A DNA stretch of 64,000 bases from Selaginella moellendorffii (lineage: Eukaryota; Plantae; Lycopodiophyta): NCBI RefSeq assembly GCF_000143415.4, contig NW_003314364.1:236396-300395 (forward strand), given 5' to 3'. A model generated the notes under the pieces. That model saw nothing but the letters and a program-made list of their open reading frames with translations, made no database searches and was not told where the DNA came from. Positions 13,229 through 25,393 of this stretch are shown piece by piece. The position numbers and the translations under genes are program-made. Position 1 is the stretch's first letter. Every line of letters begins with the position of its first letter.

Positions 13229-14001
13229 CCTGGCAGCCATGGGCTTACACGCTAGAATGGATTGTCAGCCAGACTGTTCCACATATGCAGCTGTGATTTA
13301 GGCATGTGGAAGCTTGGCTGAACTACAAGCCGGGCAAAAGATTCATGCTACCATCTGCCAGCTTGGATTCGAACAGGTTCGTCCAGTAGCAATCGGTTTG
13401 TTGGACTGTTATGGAAAGTGTGGCAGCATGAACAGAGCTGAAGAGTGTTTCAACAACATGCCCTCTCCAGATATAATCTGCTGGAACTCATTGCTGGGAG
13501 GATATAGTTCATTAGGAGATTCGACTCAAGTATTCAGTCTGGTGAAGAAGATTCAGAAGGCTGGGCTTAACATTGATGCCATCACATTCATTTCTATTCG
13601 CACGGCTTGCAGCCATGCAGGCCTGGTGGAAGAGGGGAAACATTACTTCGATTCCATGACAGGATTGGGCATCAGGAAGAGTGTGGAGCACTATAACTGT
13701 ATAGTCGACATTCTTGGCCGAGCAAACAGACTTGAAGAAGCACTAGTAGTTGTGAACAGCATTCCAGTTGGAGCTGATGCTGTAACTTGGAGGATTCTGC
13801 TCGGATCCTGTAGGAAATGGGGGAACGTGGAGATTGGCAAGGTTACATTTGAGGCACTGGTGCAGGCTGTTGGCACAAAGGAAGATGCAAGTGCCTACGT
13901 GCTGATGAGTGATCTCTACGGGAGCATGAGTTCTATAGACAAGTTTCTGTAGAATTTGGTTCATATTGTTGAATTTGCTTGGTCGGTAAGTTGACAATCG
14001 C

Positions 14002-17000
14002 TCACAAAGATTGGGTTGGAGTTGGAGTTGAGTCTTGTCTTCTTATGGCTTCGACCCATAGAGCCATGAGTTTCACTTTCTCACTGCACCGGCCAGAAAA
14101 CTTTCGGAAGAAGGAAATTCTGGAAGATATAGTCTCTTTGACATCATCTACGATATCGCTAGTCCAAAGCTGTAACCAAAAATCAGAAGAGGGAGAGAAA
14201 AGAAAAAGCTTTGCTTGAAGCCAGACCTTTGAGGCAACTCTGTCCACAAGTCTGCGCAGCAGGAAACCTTCTCCTAATTTTGCGTGCACTGGACCCCAAT
14301 TTTCCTGAGACAGAGGACTATAATTCGTGCATTAACCACCACAGTTTTGAGTTGTACCTTGAGCCAGTTCCAAGCTGTGATACCGTTGGTTATTGTTAAC
14401 CCGGAGAAGATGTCGGTGACGTTTTGAGGCCGCACCTGAAGGAAAAGTATGACAAATATACGAACTTGGAAGAGTAACGGGACTAACCGCTGGGGATAGT
14501 GAAAAATTCAAAGCTTCAACGACGAGGACAGGGTCGGAAGATCCTGCCAGTGTGCCTGGGAATGGCAGTTTCAGCTTAGAGATTTGTAGTTTCAGGAGTG
14601 AATGACTTACTCAATGCCAGGTTACGTTCCTCCAACTTATCTGAAGATTTGTAAATTTCAAGCAGCTCATCGAATCCATATCGATTACAATCTTTCATCA
14701 CACTTGCATATGCGGCCTGTGAGAGCAAATTTAGTAAGAGAAGGCAACACTGGTCAAAGACCATTACCTTCAACATGTTTGATGCCAGGGGGACCATCGC
14801 CTTGTTCTTGAATCGCCTCTTGGCTTCCAATATGGTTTTCTCATGCCCAAGAACCACTAAAGCATGCAAAAGTTCCTCCCTGAGACCGGAATTCAAATGA
14901 CTTTCACCTTGAACGGCTTCCCAGCTGAGTTTGCTGGAGAAACTTGACAATAGTAAAAGGCAAATATTATACAGAGAATAGGGACATACCTGGTTGCGTT
15001 TTCCATTAGTCCAACTAAGAAATTACTTACTCTTTCTTTTGAACTTGGGATTGCAACAGATACCACATCAAGTAAAGAGAGTGCAACCTGCAGTCATGAA
15101 CGATATTGGGTTTCGTAAGAACTGCAAAAACCAGAAGCTACACGTACGGTGATCATATGTGACAAGACGGTGGGATCGTCTTCCTGTCTGTAAACCTCCA
15201 GGAGAGACAATAAAGCAGACAGGGGCTGTCTTGTGGACTGGCATAAGGCAAACATATCGTCCAGAACACCTGTAATAGGATTGGTCTGGGGATAATTCTG
15301 GTAAAGAAAGACCCACCTAGTCTATCGACAGGAGAAAGCCAGCCTGAGGAAATTGAGTCTTTCAAAGCTGTAAGCAGTTGTTCATCATACTCCACGCGAT
15401 AGAATCCGCTTTGTCCAATGTTAAGTTTCACTACAGTTCGTGCTGGCAGGCGAACTATACACTTTCTGTCCTTGAGCAATATACTTTGTTGGCAGTTGTA
15501 AGATCCCGAAATAAGTTTAACAGGAACTATCCATTGCCCCTCGGCGGGCTGTCCACTTGCAAGAAACCGAGTCTAGTGCACGAAAGAAGTTTGCATTTGA
15601 GACCAAATATAAAATCTATGAGACAGTCTTACCTGTTCAATCTCTAGCTCATGGTCATTCAGCATTGTGGCCTTCAAAATTGGATACCCGTTCAGCTTTG
15701 TCCAAGAGCACATCAAGTCTTTGATTGGTTTTCCAGTTACTTCCTGGATACAATCCCATAAATCGTCTGACTTTGCGTTACTAAAGGCAAATTTCTCCAT
15801 GTACAGTTGCAAGCCTCTCTGCAGGAGGGAAAAAGAAAAGAAAAGATAGAATTCCACTTGTTCACTTAAGGCTAACTACTGACCTGGATATCCGTTAGAC
15901 CAACATAGTCTTGCAGCATATAAATTAGTGAGGCTCCCTTGCAATAGCCAATAACATCAAAGACTTCCATGGTTTGACGAGCATGCTGCACTTCCATCTG
16001 TGAAAGCAGAGTGTAAAAGAGTATGCTTGATAAAAATTCAGACTTGAGGTACCTCAACTGGATGAGTTGATTCCAAGGCATCCAACTTGAAAGCATCATA
16101 CATGATTTCTTTGTGAAATTCCATCCAGATGTTCCAGTCGGGGAAAAGATAATCGACAGCCATATAACTAATCTGCAAACCACCAGCATTGATCTTAATC
16201 TCAACACTATTGAAAGTACATACCCAAGTAGCCATGCCTTCGTTAAGCCAGATATGAGTCCACCATTCTAGTGTGACAAGGTTACCAAACCACATGTGCC
16301 CAACTTCATGAGCCACGTTTATAGCAACCTGCAAAAATACACGGAAAAAATTAGCATCAGTGCACAACGTGCTTCAGATACAATCTCACCTCCTGTTTCT
16401 TCAAAGTTGTAGTATTTTCATCTACAAACAAAGCATCATCCAGAAAAACTATAAGACCAAATTCTTCAAGAGCACCAGCCTTGAATGCTGCAACTGACAC
16501 AATATCCAGCTTGGGAAGAGGATATTGCAGTTGAAAGAATCTGAAGTAAGCATAATCAGAAATGGAAAAAAGGAAAGTGCAGATTACCTTGCATAAAAAG
16601 GAAGCACTTTCAGCATTATATCGAATCCGAATTTTGCTTTCTGCAGCTGTTCAGATCTTGTGTACACTCTTGCCGGAATACCATCATCGGACACACCTTC
16701 CAGATGTTCGAATTCACCAATCGCAATAGCAGTTATGTAGGTTGACATTAGAGGAGATTCTTGAAACTCAACCATCTTGGTGTTCCTGTTTACTACCTCC
16801 TGCAGAGCAGGCATAGTTGACAGAACCATGCGATCGACAGGAACATGAACTTTAAATTTAAAACACGCCTATAAGATGAGGAGAAACAGTCAGAAGATAT
16901 ACTCGTAAAGATTGTAGTATAGTACCTTAAAATCTGGTTCATCCCAGCAAGGGAAGCACCTTCGTGCATCAGCAGGCTCAAAAACTGTTACAGCCATGTT

Positions 17001-17499
17001 TTTCTCAACCCCTCCGCTCTTGTAAGTGCTGTGCAGCGGAAAAGTTTGTTATTGAAAAATACTGAATACCAGTGTACCTTCGATAAAATGCGTCAAGCTT
17101 CTCGTTGAGCAATCCATGATAGTCGATAAACAGAGTTGCTTTTCCTACATGCAGTTTTTTTTCACCGAAGTTCAACACTAGCAGTTCATTCTCTTGATCG
17201 ACTGTAGATGCCGCTGGATGAACGATCTGTACAAACCAATGTGCACATCAAGACAAATTTCAAGCAGAACACTCGAAGGCAGAGAGGAAAACCTCATCGA
17301 AATCCTCCACATAGCGCAAACATAGCGATTCAGTTTCCAGAATAAGATCCGCAACATTCAGGACAACTTTGGAAACTGGCTCCACAATGTCCAGGAGAAT
17401 TTGGAGCTTGCCTTTGAATGCACAGGCATCGAGATCCACCCATAGCTCCAGCTCATAGCGACGAGGCAGCACAGTTTTGGGCAATCGACTGCTCGCCAT
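14002..17499 (-). CDS. M1-family (puromycin-sensitive/APM1-like) zinc aminopeptidase, multi-exon
   Basis: [47 protein letters not shown]...WLNEGMATW (HEXXH-18-E), [20 protein letters not shown]. Many ~50-bp GT-AG introns. Exact exon structure not fully verified. Confidence 0.9.
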
Positions 17500-18140
17500 A
17501 GCTGAGCCAAACTTTCTTCCCTCAACTTATATTACAAACAATAAAAACGGATCTGCGGTCAGGATCAAACGGCCGAGGACGGCCCAGATTTTTTTGTGGT
17601 GGATTCGACGGCACGATCGCGTGGTCCGCAGGGAAAAATCAGGATCGGACGGCTGTGAGGTTTTCACCGCGTGCGCGCCCAATCTCACGAAATCGGGCAT
17701 CTTGGGAATATGCTTCTGTTGAGCTTTTTCATGTGAATCAAAATTGGCGAATTTTGAAGCAGCTGCTGAAAGTATGAGAAACGATTCCTGAGCTGTTTAG
17801 CTTCACTCATTTTCATGTTCAAAATTGAAGTGCAGCTTCACTGTCCTGATCATTCATGGGCCAAGTTGTGTGTGCTGCAAATTGAAGGTAAGTCCTGAAA
17901 ACTAGGATTGAGCTGAGCAGCCGAGTGGGAGACATATTTTCTGAAACGGGCTGAGGTGTTGAAATTCACCATCAAGGGCGTCAACTTGGATTTTCTGGGT
18001 TCCTTGTGGATGAGATTGTCGACCTGGCTTTTGTGATGAGTTGCCTAAAAAATTGGCATTAGTGGTTGCAGCAGAGCTTGCAATCCAATAAACAGTCTAC
18101 TACAAAAGTGAACGTCATTTTTTCAAGAAGTTACAATTAA

Positions 18141-18679
18141 GGGTCTAAAACAGGACTCAGGAGAACAAGGTAGTGGTGTTCATTTGAACAAAGGCAATGA
18201 AGCAGCTGAAGAAGTACAGCAAGCAAGAGCAAAAACTCTACAAGTTGTGTGCTGACTGTTCTTTGCTATTGGAGAGTTGCGTGAAGGATGTGAGCATCGA
18301 TGTAAACCATTCTATTATTTCAAATGACAAATCGGTCAAGTGCTAGATTCTTTAGTGGGACGAACTGAAATAGACGGCGGTCCTTCCGCTTCAAATGGAT
18401 CCCTTTCTGGTTTAAGCAATTCAACATCATTAGACCCCACCTCCTCTTCTGCCATGGTGGCTCCATCTAGCACTTGACCAATTTGTCGTTTGAAATAACA
18501 GAATGGTTTACATCGATGCTCAACACTACACATCCTTCACGCAACTCTCCAATAGCAAAGAACAGTCAGCACACAACTTGTAGATTTTTGCTCTTGCCTG
18601 CTGTACTTCTTCAGCTGCTTCATTGCCTTTGTTCAAATGAACACCACTACCTTGTTCTCCTGAGTCCTGTTTTAGACCC
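18141..18679. mobile_element. Foldback/MITE-like element: ~210-bp inverted arms with a 116-bp loop
   Basis: 18141-18348 is the reverse complement of 18465-18679. Termini GGGTCTAAAAC/GTTTTAGACCC, flanked by TTAA on both sides. Confidence 0.8.
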
Positions 18680-18961
18680 TTAAGGCAATGAAGCAGCTGA
18701 AGAAGCAACCAGAAGTTCTTTCCGATCAGAATTGCGGTGAGGGTGGCGGGGAACAAGCATTGTGGTGGATTTGCTTGCAGTTGAGGAGCAATTGACATAT
18801 GGCGGGTCAGAACTCTTCAACAGCAGGTCCGTCAGCAGCAGATTGCTTGGGAGAATGCGATTTTCAGGTACTGGTCTAGGCTATGTAGGCCAATTAGTGT
18901 CTTTTTGAGCAGGAAGTGGATTGTGGGAGTTTTCTCACTACAATTCAAACAGAGAACATGC

Positions 18962-20194
18962 TGGTATAATCAGAGCTTTATGAAGCTTTATGTTACTAGC
19001 TTGCACCTGAGTTCTTGGCTGCTAGGGGAACTCCAAATGCAGAGGTTTTAGTGGCTATTCCAATGGTTTTGTGTGCTGTGGGTTTTCGATGGTGGAATTG
19101 GCTTGAGGAGTCTTGTGTTGTAGATAAGAAACCACCAGTGTCTACCATGGATGAGTTTGAGGCTGCTTTTTGTTTACGTTTTGCCCCTCATTACGACGTG
19201 GAGAATGCTCGTACAGAACTTCAACATTTCCAGCAAGGGAAAATGACACTTGGGGACTATATTGAGAAGCTGACTCGCTTGATTAGTTGTGTTCCAACGA
19301 AGGATCCAAATCAGAACAAGTCCTACTTCATTGATGGCCTATATAGTGAGAGCATATGGCAACATTTACATCATTCTCAGCCTACAAAGAGTTTGGAGGA
19401 GCTCTATGATGCGGCTTGTCGACTTGACAATGACAAGCACAAGTCTCGCAAGCGTTCGTGGAGTCCTTCTGTCAAGAATCGTCGTGATGATTGCCATGGA
19501 CACAAGGATGGGAACAAGCATCACAAATTGAAGTTAGTGGTGACTACTTCGGATGCAAAGGGGTCCAAGAAGCAGAAGTTCTTTATAAAGAATTATAGAT
19601 AGGGTTGTCATCATTGTGGACTTGGACACTACAAGGCTGATTGTCCACAGTTAAAGAACAAGCAGCAGGACAAGAAGAATGCCCAATTTTCTTCTCACGG
19701 TAAGTCAGATACTAAAAAGTTACAAACTTTGCAGTGTGAGGATGACGAGAACGACCATTCCTGTCAGAAGAAGAGACTTTCGATCGTGGCTCGTCAGCTC
19801 AACTGTGTGTGGAACAAGATGGAGCTCAAGGATACGCGTGAATCAGCTTTAATGCTGGAGGGTGTGTTCCGTGGCCATCCAGTGCGGATTTTACTGGATA
19901 GTGGGTGATGACAACTTTGTTTCAGCCAAGTTTGTTGCAAAGCATGGCCTGGTCACACGTGGAGTTCTTCCATACATAGTGGAAGGTGCAACTACCTTTG
20001 CTCAGCATTTCGATGCTTGTGTCGAGGGGTTGGAAGTGTTGGTTGGCAAAACCACACTTGTGGAGACTTTTTATCTTGCGAATATCCATCGTGTGGATCT
20101 CATTCTTGGGATGCCATGGTTGGTGAAGGTGGATCCAGAGATAAAGTGAAGTATTAAGCATATCTTGCTAAAGTATGGTGGCGTTAAAGATGTG
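18962..20194 (+). pseudogene. Degenerate Ty3/gypsy gag-knuckle-protease
   Basis: PBS-like TGGTATAATCAGAGC at 18962, gag-like ORF 19015-19602, CHHCGLGHYKADC, ILLDSG*DNFVS, DLILGMPWL. Confidence 0.8.
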
Positions 20195-20244
20195 TGTAAG
20201 CCACAAATTTTTCCTTTCCAATTTGCCAGCTTATCTCATCTATG
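20195..20244 (-). repeat. Terminus of an LTR of the same family as 2983-4063
   Basis: TGTAAGCCACAAATTTTTCCTTTCCAATTTGCCAGCTTA matches 2983 onward, then runs into the gap. Confidence 0.85.
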
Positions 20245-20344
20245 NNNNNNNNNNNNNNNNNNNNNNNNNNNNNNNNNNNNNNNNNNNNNNNNNNNNNNNN
20301 NNNNNNNNNNNNNNNNNNNNNNNNNNNNNNNNNNNNNNNNNNNN
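20245..20344. other. Assembly gap (100 N)
   Basis: Run of N. Confidence 1.
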
Positions 20345-21421
20345 AGTTTGGACATCCATGATGCGCCACAATGCATTAACGTTGCTACAGATGATGCACG
20401 ATCAGACGCGAGTAATATTACCATTTGACTTTCTCCTAACGCAGGAGGATTGCTTGACTATGGTCCATGTGAGGGGTAGCAAGCCCATCTTCGTCAAGGC
20501 AGAGGCTGTAGTGATGAACCGGACTACTAGGTCAAGTGAAATCCTCATCATCGATGACTCGCCGATTAAAACTGCAGCGAACACGCACACATATGCAGTG
20601 CACCCCATCTCTTGCAGTATGGAAACTAGGGAGAAGAAACCGTATGTTCTGGGGGACCTTGCAAAACGGCTTGAAGCGATGGTGATAGAGAACCGGCCAG
20701 TCCAGGAGGTGGCTGCAGAAATCAACCAAATGGCAGATGGAACGGTATATCAGAAGCCATTTGATCGGACAGACACCAGTCATCATTTATGGCATGTATA
20801 TTGTCTAGCCAAGCACTATCCGCATCTCCATAATCTGCTCAACCGGATGGGTTCTTCGACCACTGAACATGAGCGTGGACGTATTAGAGAAGAGATGGCA
20901 TTACTATTGGGTTTAAATCCTGATAGTGTGGAGAGTGATGAAATTCCAAGATTATTGTATAGGCGTTGGAGGCAAAAAATAACAGTCTGAGATGGCATGT
21001 ATTTATTTAAAAATGTAACTTATTATGGCATGGGGTTCCATGCCATTGTATTAATATTAAAAGACAATTCTTTGAGAGGATTTGCATTATACTAGAAGTG
21101 TTACAGCATGTTATTGGAAGTCTACGAAGTTGTTTTATTAATAAGGGGAAAGTAAAGATTGAATGGGGACTTGGGCTCCACCTAGACTCGGAGCAGCTGA
21201 GCCAATATTAAAAGGATGGAAAGAAATTGGACGACGATGACAAGGAGAAGAGAGAGGTGAAGCAGTGAGAAGTGATTGAGTAGACATTTCCTTGTTTAAA
21301 ATAAAATGGCATGTGCCTCAATGCAGTTGAATTTTGTTATATTTATATACTATATAAAGGTTTGGAAACCTTATTTTACAAGTGGGATAATGACAATTCC
21401 CACTTTAACGAAATAGAGCTT
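20345..21421 (-). mobile_element. Second, inverted copy of the terminal 1.08 kb of the Sola-like element (FCP1-like coding end + TIR)
   Basis: Near-identical reverse complement of 39174-40261. Ends in TIR ...CCCACTTTAACGAAATAGAGCTT. Confidence 0.92.
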
Positions 21422-22481
21422 CAATGAAGTGATAGTGGGTATGTGTTTGTAACTCATTCTTGAATCTATTGTACATCCACATGTGCATATTTTCCAGACC
21501 CACCATTAAGCAATTGCTACAGTGCTCAAGAAAAATTTATAAACTTATAGAGCCATTTGTCTTATCCAAGAAAAAGTAGCATATTGAACACCGAATGTAA
21601 TAACATTCTGTGCTTTTAAGTAGTCCTACCATATCAGAAGCAAGATCTTGCAAAAATATGTGACATTACTCTTGAAACACTAGAGGCAATCCCTCTCTAG
21701 TAGAAAAATCCAGAATTTTATATATAGGGAGCTCTAATTTAGCTTTACTAGAGCCCTCAGCAAAAAAAAGATTGTTATGTGAAGGTGAAGGTAGAATGTT
21801 GGTAGAATTTGGGGATGGAGATTGATATGAAATGCTAGGGGGCCAAGTACAAATAACAATGACTTTCCTTCGAGCTATTTCAATACAAAATTCCAAGGAG
21901 CTCAAGGAAAACAAAAAAACTACGATGATTATAAATTTTCTAGATAGTTTATATACCAAGTTTTAGTCTTGGGAATGAGGTTTATTTATTATGACACTGA
22001 CAATACTTAGATTCTTTAAATGTTAGTCTTGGAAATGGGGCTTCATAATCATAGCTTGCTTGTAAATATAAGAGAGTCTAAAATTTTAGATTATCATGTA
22101 TACACATGCTCTATCATTATGATGAAATCCTACTTTGCTACATATATATTCTTTTCTACACATGTCAAATGTCTAGAGAAATAGACTGCAAGGAAATATA
22201 GACTATATTATAGTGGTAGAGCACGTTAGCATGTTACCATTCTCTCATGTGAGATTGCCTTTCAGTCTTGGAAATGTAGATAAAGTTGATTCTTTGATAT
22301 GATATTACTTTTGAGTCTTTTGAAAGATTTCGATTTCTTTTATTATTATTCACAAACAACTCCCAAAAACTTTTAATGAGGATTCACTACAAAAATAGAC
22401 CTTAGTCTTATCATATGAGAGGATTGCGATATAGGTAGGAAACAGAGTTTTTGATATGAATTAATATGTAAATTACAAATA

Positions 22482-22742
22482 TCATGGAAAGTTTAATGAA
22501 GTAGATTTCTTGGTTCTTTTTACCGTGCTATTCATTTCTTCATTTCTTTGACTTTGGACTATTGTTTCAGAAGTAACAGAAGCATTTTTATCAATCGTGA
22601 TAGTGGTCTCCACATTCCTAAATAGGTAATAAGTACTAGGAGTGTAATATAGAGATTGTGGTAGTGAAACAAAATTAACATTTTCACATTCCTTTGCATT
22701 ACAACTTTTACTCATAGATCTTATATTTTCCTTGCTTCCCAT
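22482..22742 (-). CDS. Small (86 aa) unknown ORF homologous to 49161-49418
   Basis: VNFVSLPQSLYYTP...TIDKNASVTSETIVQS versus VEYISLPNSPYYTP...TTIENAPVTSETTIQS. Confidence 0.55.
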   Translation of the reverse strand: MGSKENIRSMSKSCNAKECENVNFVSLPQSLYYTPSTYYLFRNVETTITIDKNASVTSETIVQSQRNEEMNSTVKRTKKSTSLNFP

Positions 22743-22964
22743 CTTCTCAAGAACCCTAAAAAATCTTCTGAATGAAGGAATAGTATCTACAATTATAAAA
22801 GTATTCAAAATATTAGCTGTAACAGTAGTTATAATTAAATAATATAGCTTTACAAAAGATAGGTTCTCATGAATTTTGTATTTTTTAAACAATTCAACCT
22901 TATAGAAACTTTTAACTCAGATATTTATATATTTAAATATTTTAAAGTTTGCTAGAACCTTCAT

Positions 22965-23040
22965 TGTTGACTTTTAGTTGACTGTGTTGATTTGAGTTGA
23001 CTTGTGTTGAATTGAGCTCAACTCAACTTTAGACCATCCC
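22965..23040 (+). repeat. Terminal segment resembling the MULE-like element's right end
   Basis: GTTGAC repeats followed by TTGAGCTCAACTC...CCATCCC, compare 35595-35667. Confidence 0.5.
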
Positions 23041-25263
23041 CATGGGAGCTTGTTTATTGGCCAAGTGATTTCAAATAGTCAACGCACTTTCATCTTCAAG
23101 ATGTCAACTCTAGTGTGGACCTTATATAATAAATGGATATAGATGGAGGTGGGGACTTAGTTAATTCTTAAATCTATTTTGACCACATGAAATGAGTTTT
23201 AGGCTGGTCAACTATGAGAGCATGTTTATGATCACAAATAAGTGGTTTTTCATTTTATAAAGATTCCATACTATTTTACATTCTACCTATTCCTTCTATA
23301 GGTTGTAGTGCAATTTGACTATTGCTATAGCTGAATTCAAGTTCCAGGATTTCCAAGCTCAAATTATCTTTTGGAGATGTATGTCTGAGGTTTTTGAACA
23401 ACGAATTAGGAAGAAACCCAACTTCCATGGTTTTATGGCAGATGCTATGGTGCTAATTGGTTGACTGTGCGGCAAGTGTTTGGAGGTGATAAAAGTCAAC
23501 TGTTATAAGGTAGAGAGAAGAGTTATAAGTTTCATTAGGCAAGGAGTATCAACAAATATTGCTAATGCAACAAATTTGACTTCCATCATAAGTTCAAGTA
23601 ACTTTGTCAAGAATGGATGGATGCACCAACTAAAGAAGAGCATGAGGCAAAGGCAAATAAGATGTGCATATAGTGGTGTGAAGGAGATAAAGTGCCAATT
23701 GAACACCTTCCATAGATGGAATGTTGGCTTGTATGGTGAGAAGTTTGAATGTTTCAATAGGGCCATTATATTCTCCATGTAAGCTTTCTCCCATTTCTTT
23801 TGTTGCCACATTCAAATGTTGCATTTTTCCTAGGATCAACCACTTGATGACATTGAACATACACTAACAATTAATCTTTTTAAGAGTAAACATTGGAGTT
23901 GGAAAGCTTCTGAAGCAAAGAAAGGAAAAGTGTCCCTCTATGAAGTTATGCTCTCCAACCTCACTAAATCTCTTGAGCAGTCATCAAAAGCTTTGGCTAC
24001 ATAGGAAGCGAGGTTTGTTAGTACAAGTCCAAACTTAGATAGGCTTCAAGAGTGGGTTGATAGAAAGATAACACTAATAGTAGGGTTAATATCTAAGATA
24101 GTGGAGGAAGTTGTTGTTGGAACTCCTATAGAATTAAGTTATAAACCACTTGGGGTCATGAGGACAGCCTGTATGAAGTGTCTACAGATATTTGATAGGC
24201 ATAACATCACTCCTTCCAACTCTCATTGTCTAGAGTTTGACTACCATTCTGTTCTATGACACTAGAAAAGAACTAAGGAATATAAAGTGGAGGAGGTGTC
24301 AGTTGTTACACAAGTAAATCTAGTGCCAAAGGTTAAGAATGTTATTAATAGCTCGTGAACTAGTTTTTTGTATCAACTGGGCAATTCAAAGAGTCAGTGC
24401 CAAGAGCAATGCACGTTGCTCCAGAATGATTGGGAGTTGAGGTCAGTGTCTTGCATGTATACGTTTAGATTCAAGTTCTTCAGCAGTGCCATGTTTCTAA
24501 AGCTGTCAAGATCTAGGGGTAAAGGGCTGCTAATCAAGCTAGAGTTACTATTGTGGAATTGATGTTACTCATACAAGCCAAATCCACAACTCAATTATTT
24601 TGAAGCCAGATTCTATGCTAGAAGAGTGGCTAGTTGAGCAAAGCTGCAATCTTTTGAAAGAAGAGATTGAAAGTTTGGAGTAAGCAAATTTCAAGCTAAA
24701 GACTTCCTTAAATGTTACCAATGTCAATACTAAACTGGCCTACATGACCAACTAGAAATAGAAAAGCTGTATAATATAAGTCTTCCATTTCAAAAAGGTG
24801 CACAAGAGAAGATCAAGTTAGCAAAAGAGTTGAAGTGCACAATCACAAAGATAAACTACATTAATACCATAGCTAAGGAGTTTGTTGTTGTGATTGAGTC
24901 ATCAAAAGGTACGAGCTACATTGTTAGAATCTACAAAAATCCATCCTATATCTACCTAGATTTTACATATAGGGAGAATAAGGGAAAGGTATATTTAGCC
25001 TACAAACACATCTGTTACATTTTTATGTAGAAACTAAACCAAGATCCTCCACCAGGCAAGCCTTACAATTGTAGATCTTGAGAAGTGTTTTTAGATTGCT
25101 TTTAGTGTTCAGATCTATATTTATATTTGTATTTTATTGGTCTAATTTATAGATTAAATCAAAATGTGAAAGATGAAAAAATGTTGGTTCAAGTTGAACC
25201 AATGTTTTTCTTGTGTTTGAGAAGTCATGAGCTCAGCTCATGAGCTTAAAACCTACCCGAACT
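23041..25263 (+). pseudogene. Decayed inverted copy of the MULE-like transposase 3' part + TIR
   Basis: Colinear with the reverse complement of 26820-29121, with many C>T/G>A changes and stops. Ends GAGCTTAAAACCTACCCGAACTC. Confidence 0.9.
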
Positions 25264-25393
25264 CATTTGAACTGGCATAAAGTGTCTAATATGCACTAGA
25301 TGCTAATTTCTCACAAAGAAAAGAGAAATTTAGCCAGAAAGATGGGAAAAACACAAAGAATGTTGTGAAAATCACTTAGTAGGATGTGGATAT

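Larger units (their letters stand above)
9270..13952 (+). pseudogene. PLS-class PPR gene (E-type C-terminus), interrupted by a hAT
   Basis: Motifs include VSWNSLLLGY, MYSKCGSMHHAREVF, ACSHAGLVEEG, HYNCIVDILGRA, SAYVLMSDLY. Stops at 10119 and ~13299, frameshift near 10170, hAT insertion at 10357. Confidence 0.9.

Noticed and set aside
20165-20428. ORFs spanning the N run
   Set aside because: Artefacts of the assembly gap joining unrelated sequences.
21430-21960. Possible decayed coding sequence next to the Sola copy
   Set aside because: Too many stops and no confident motif match.
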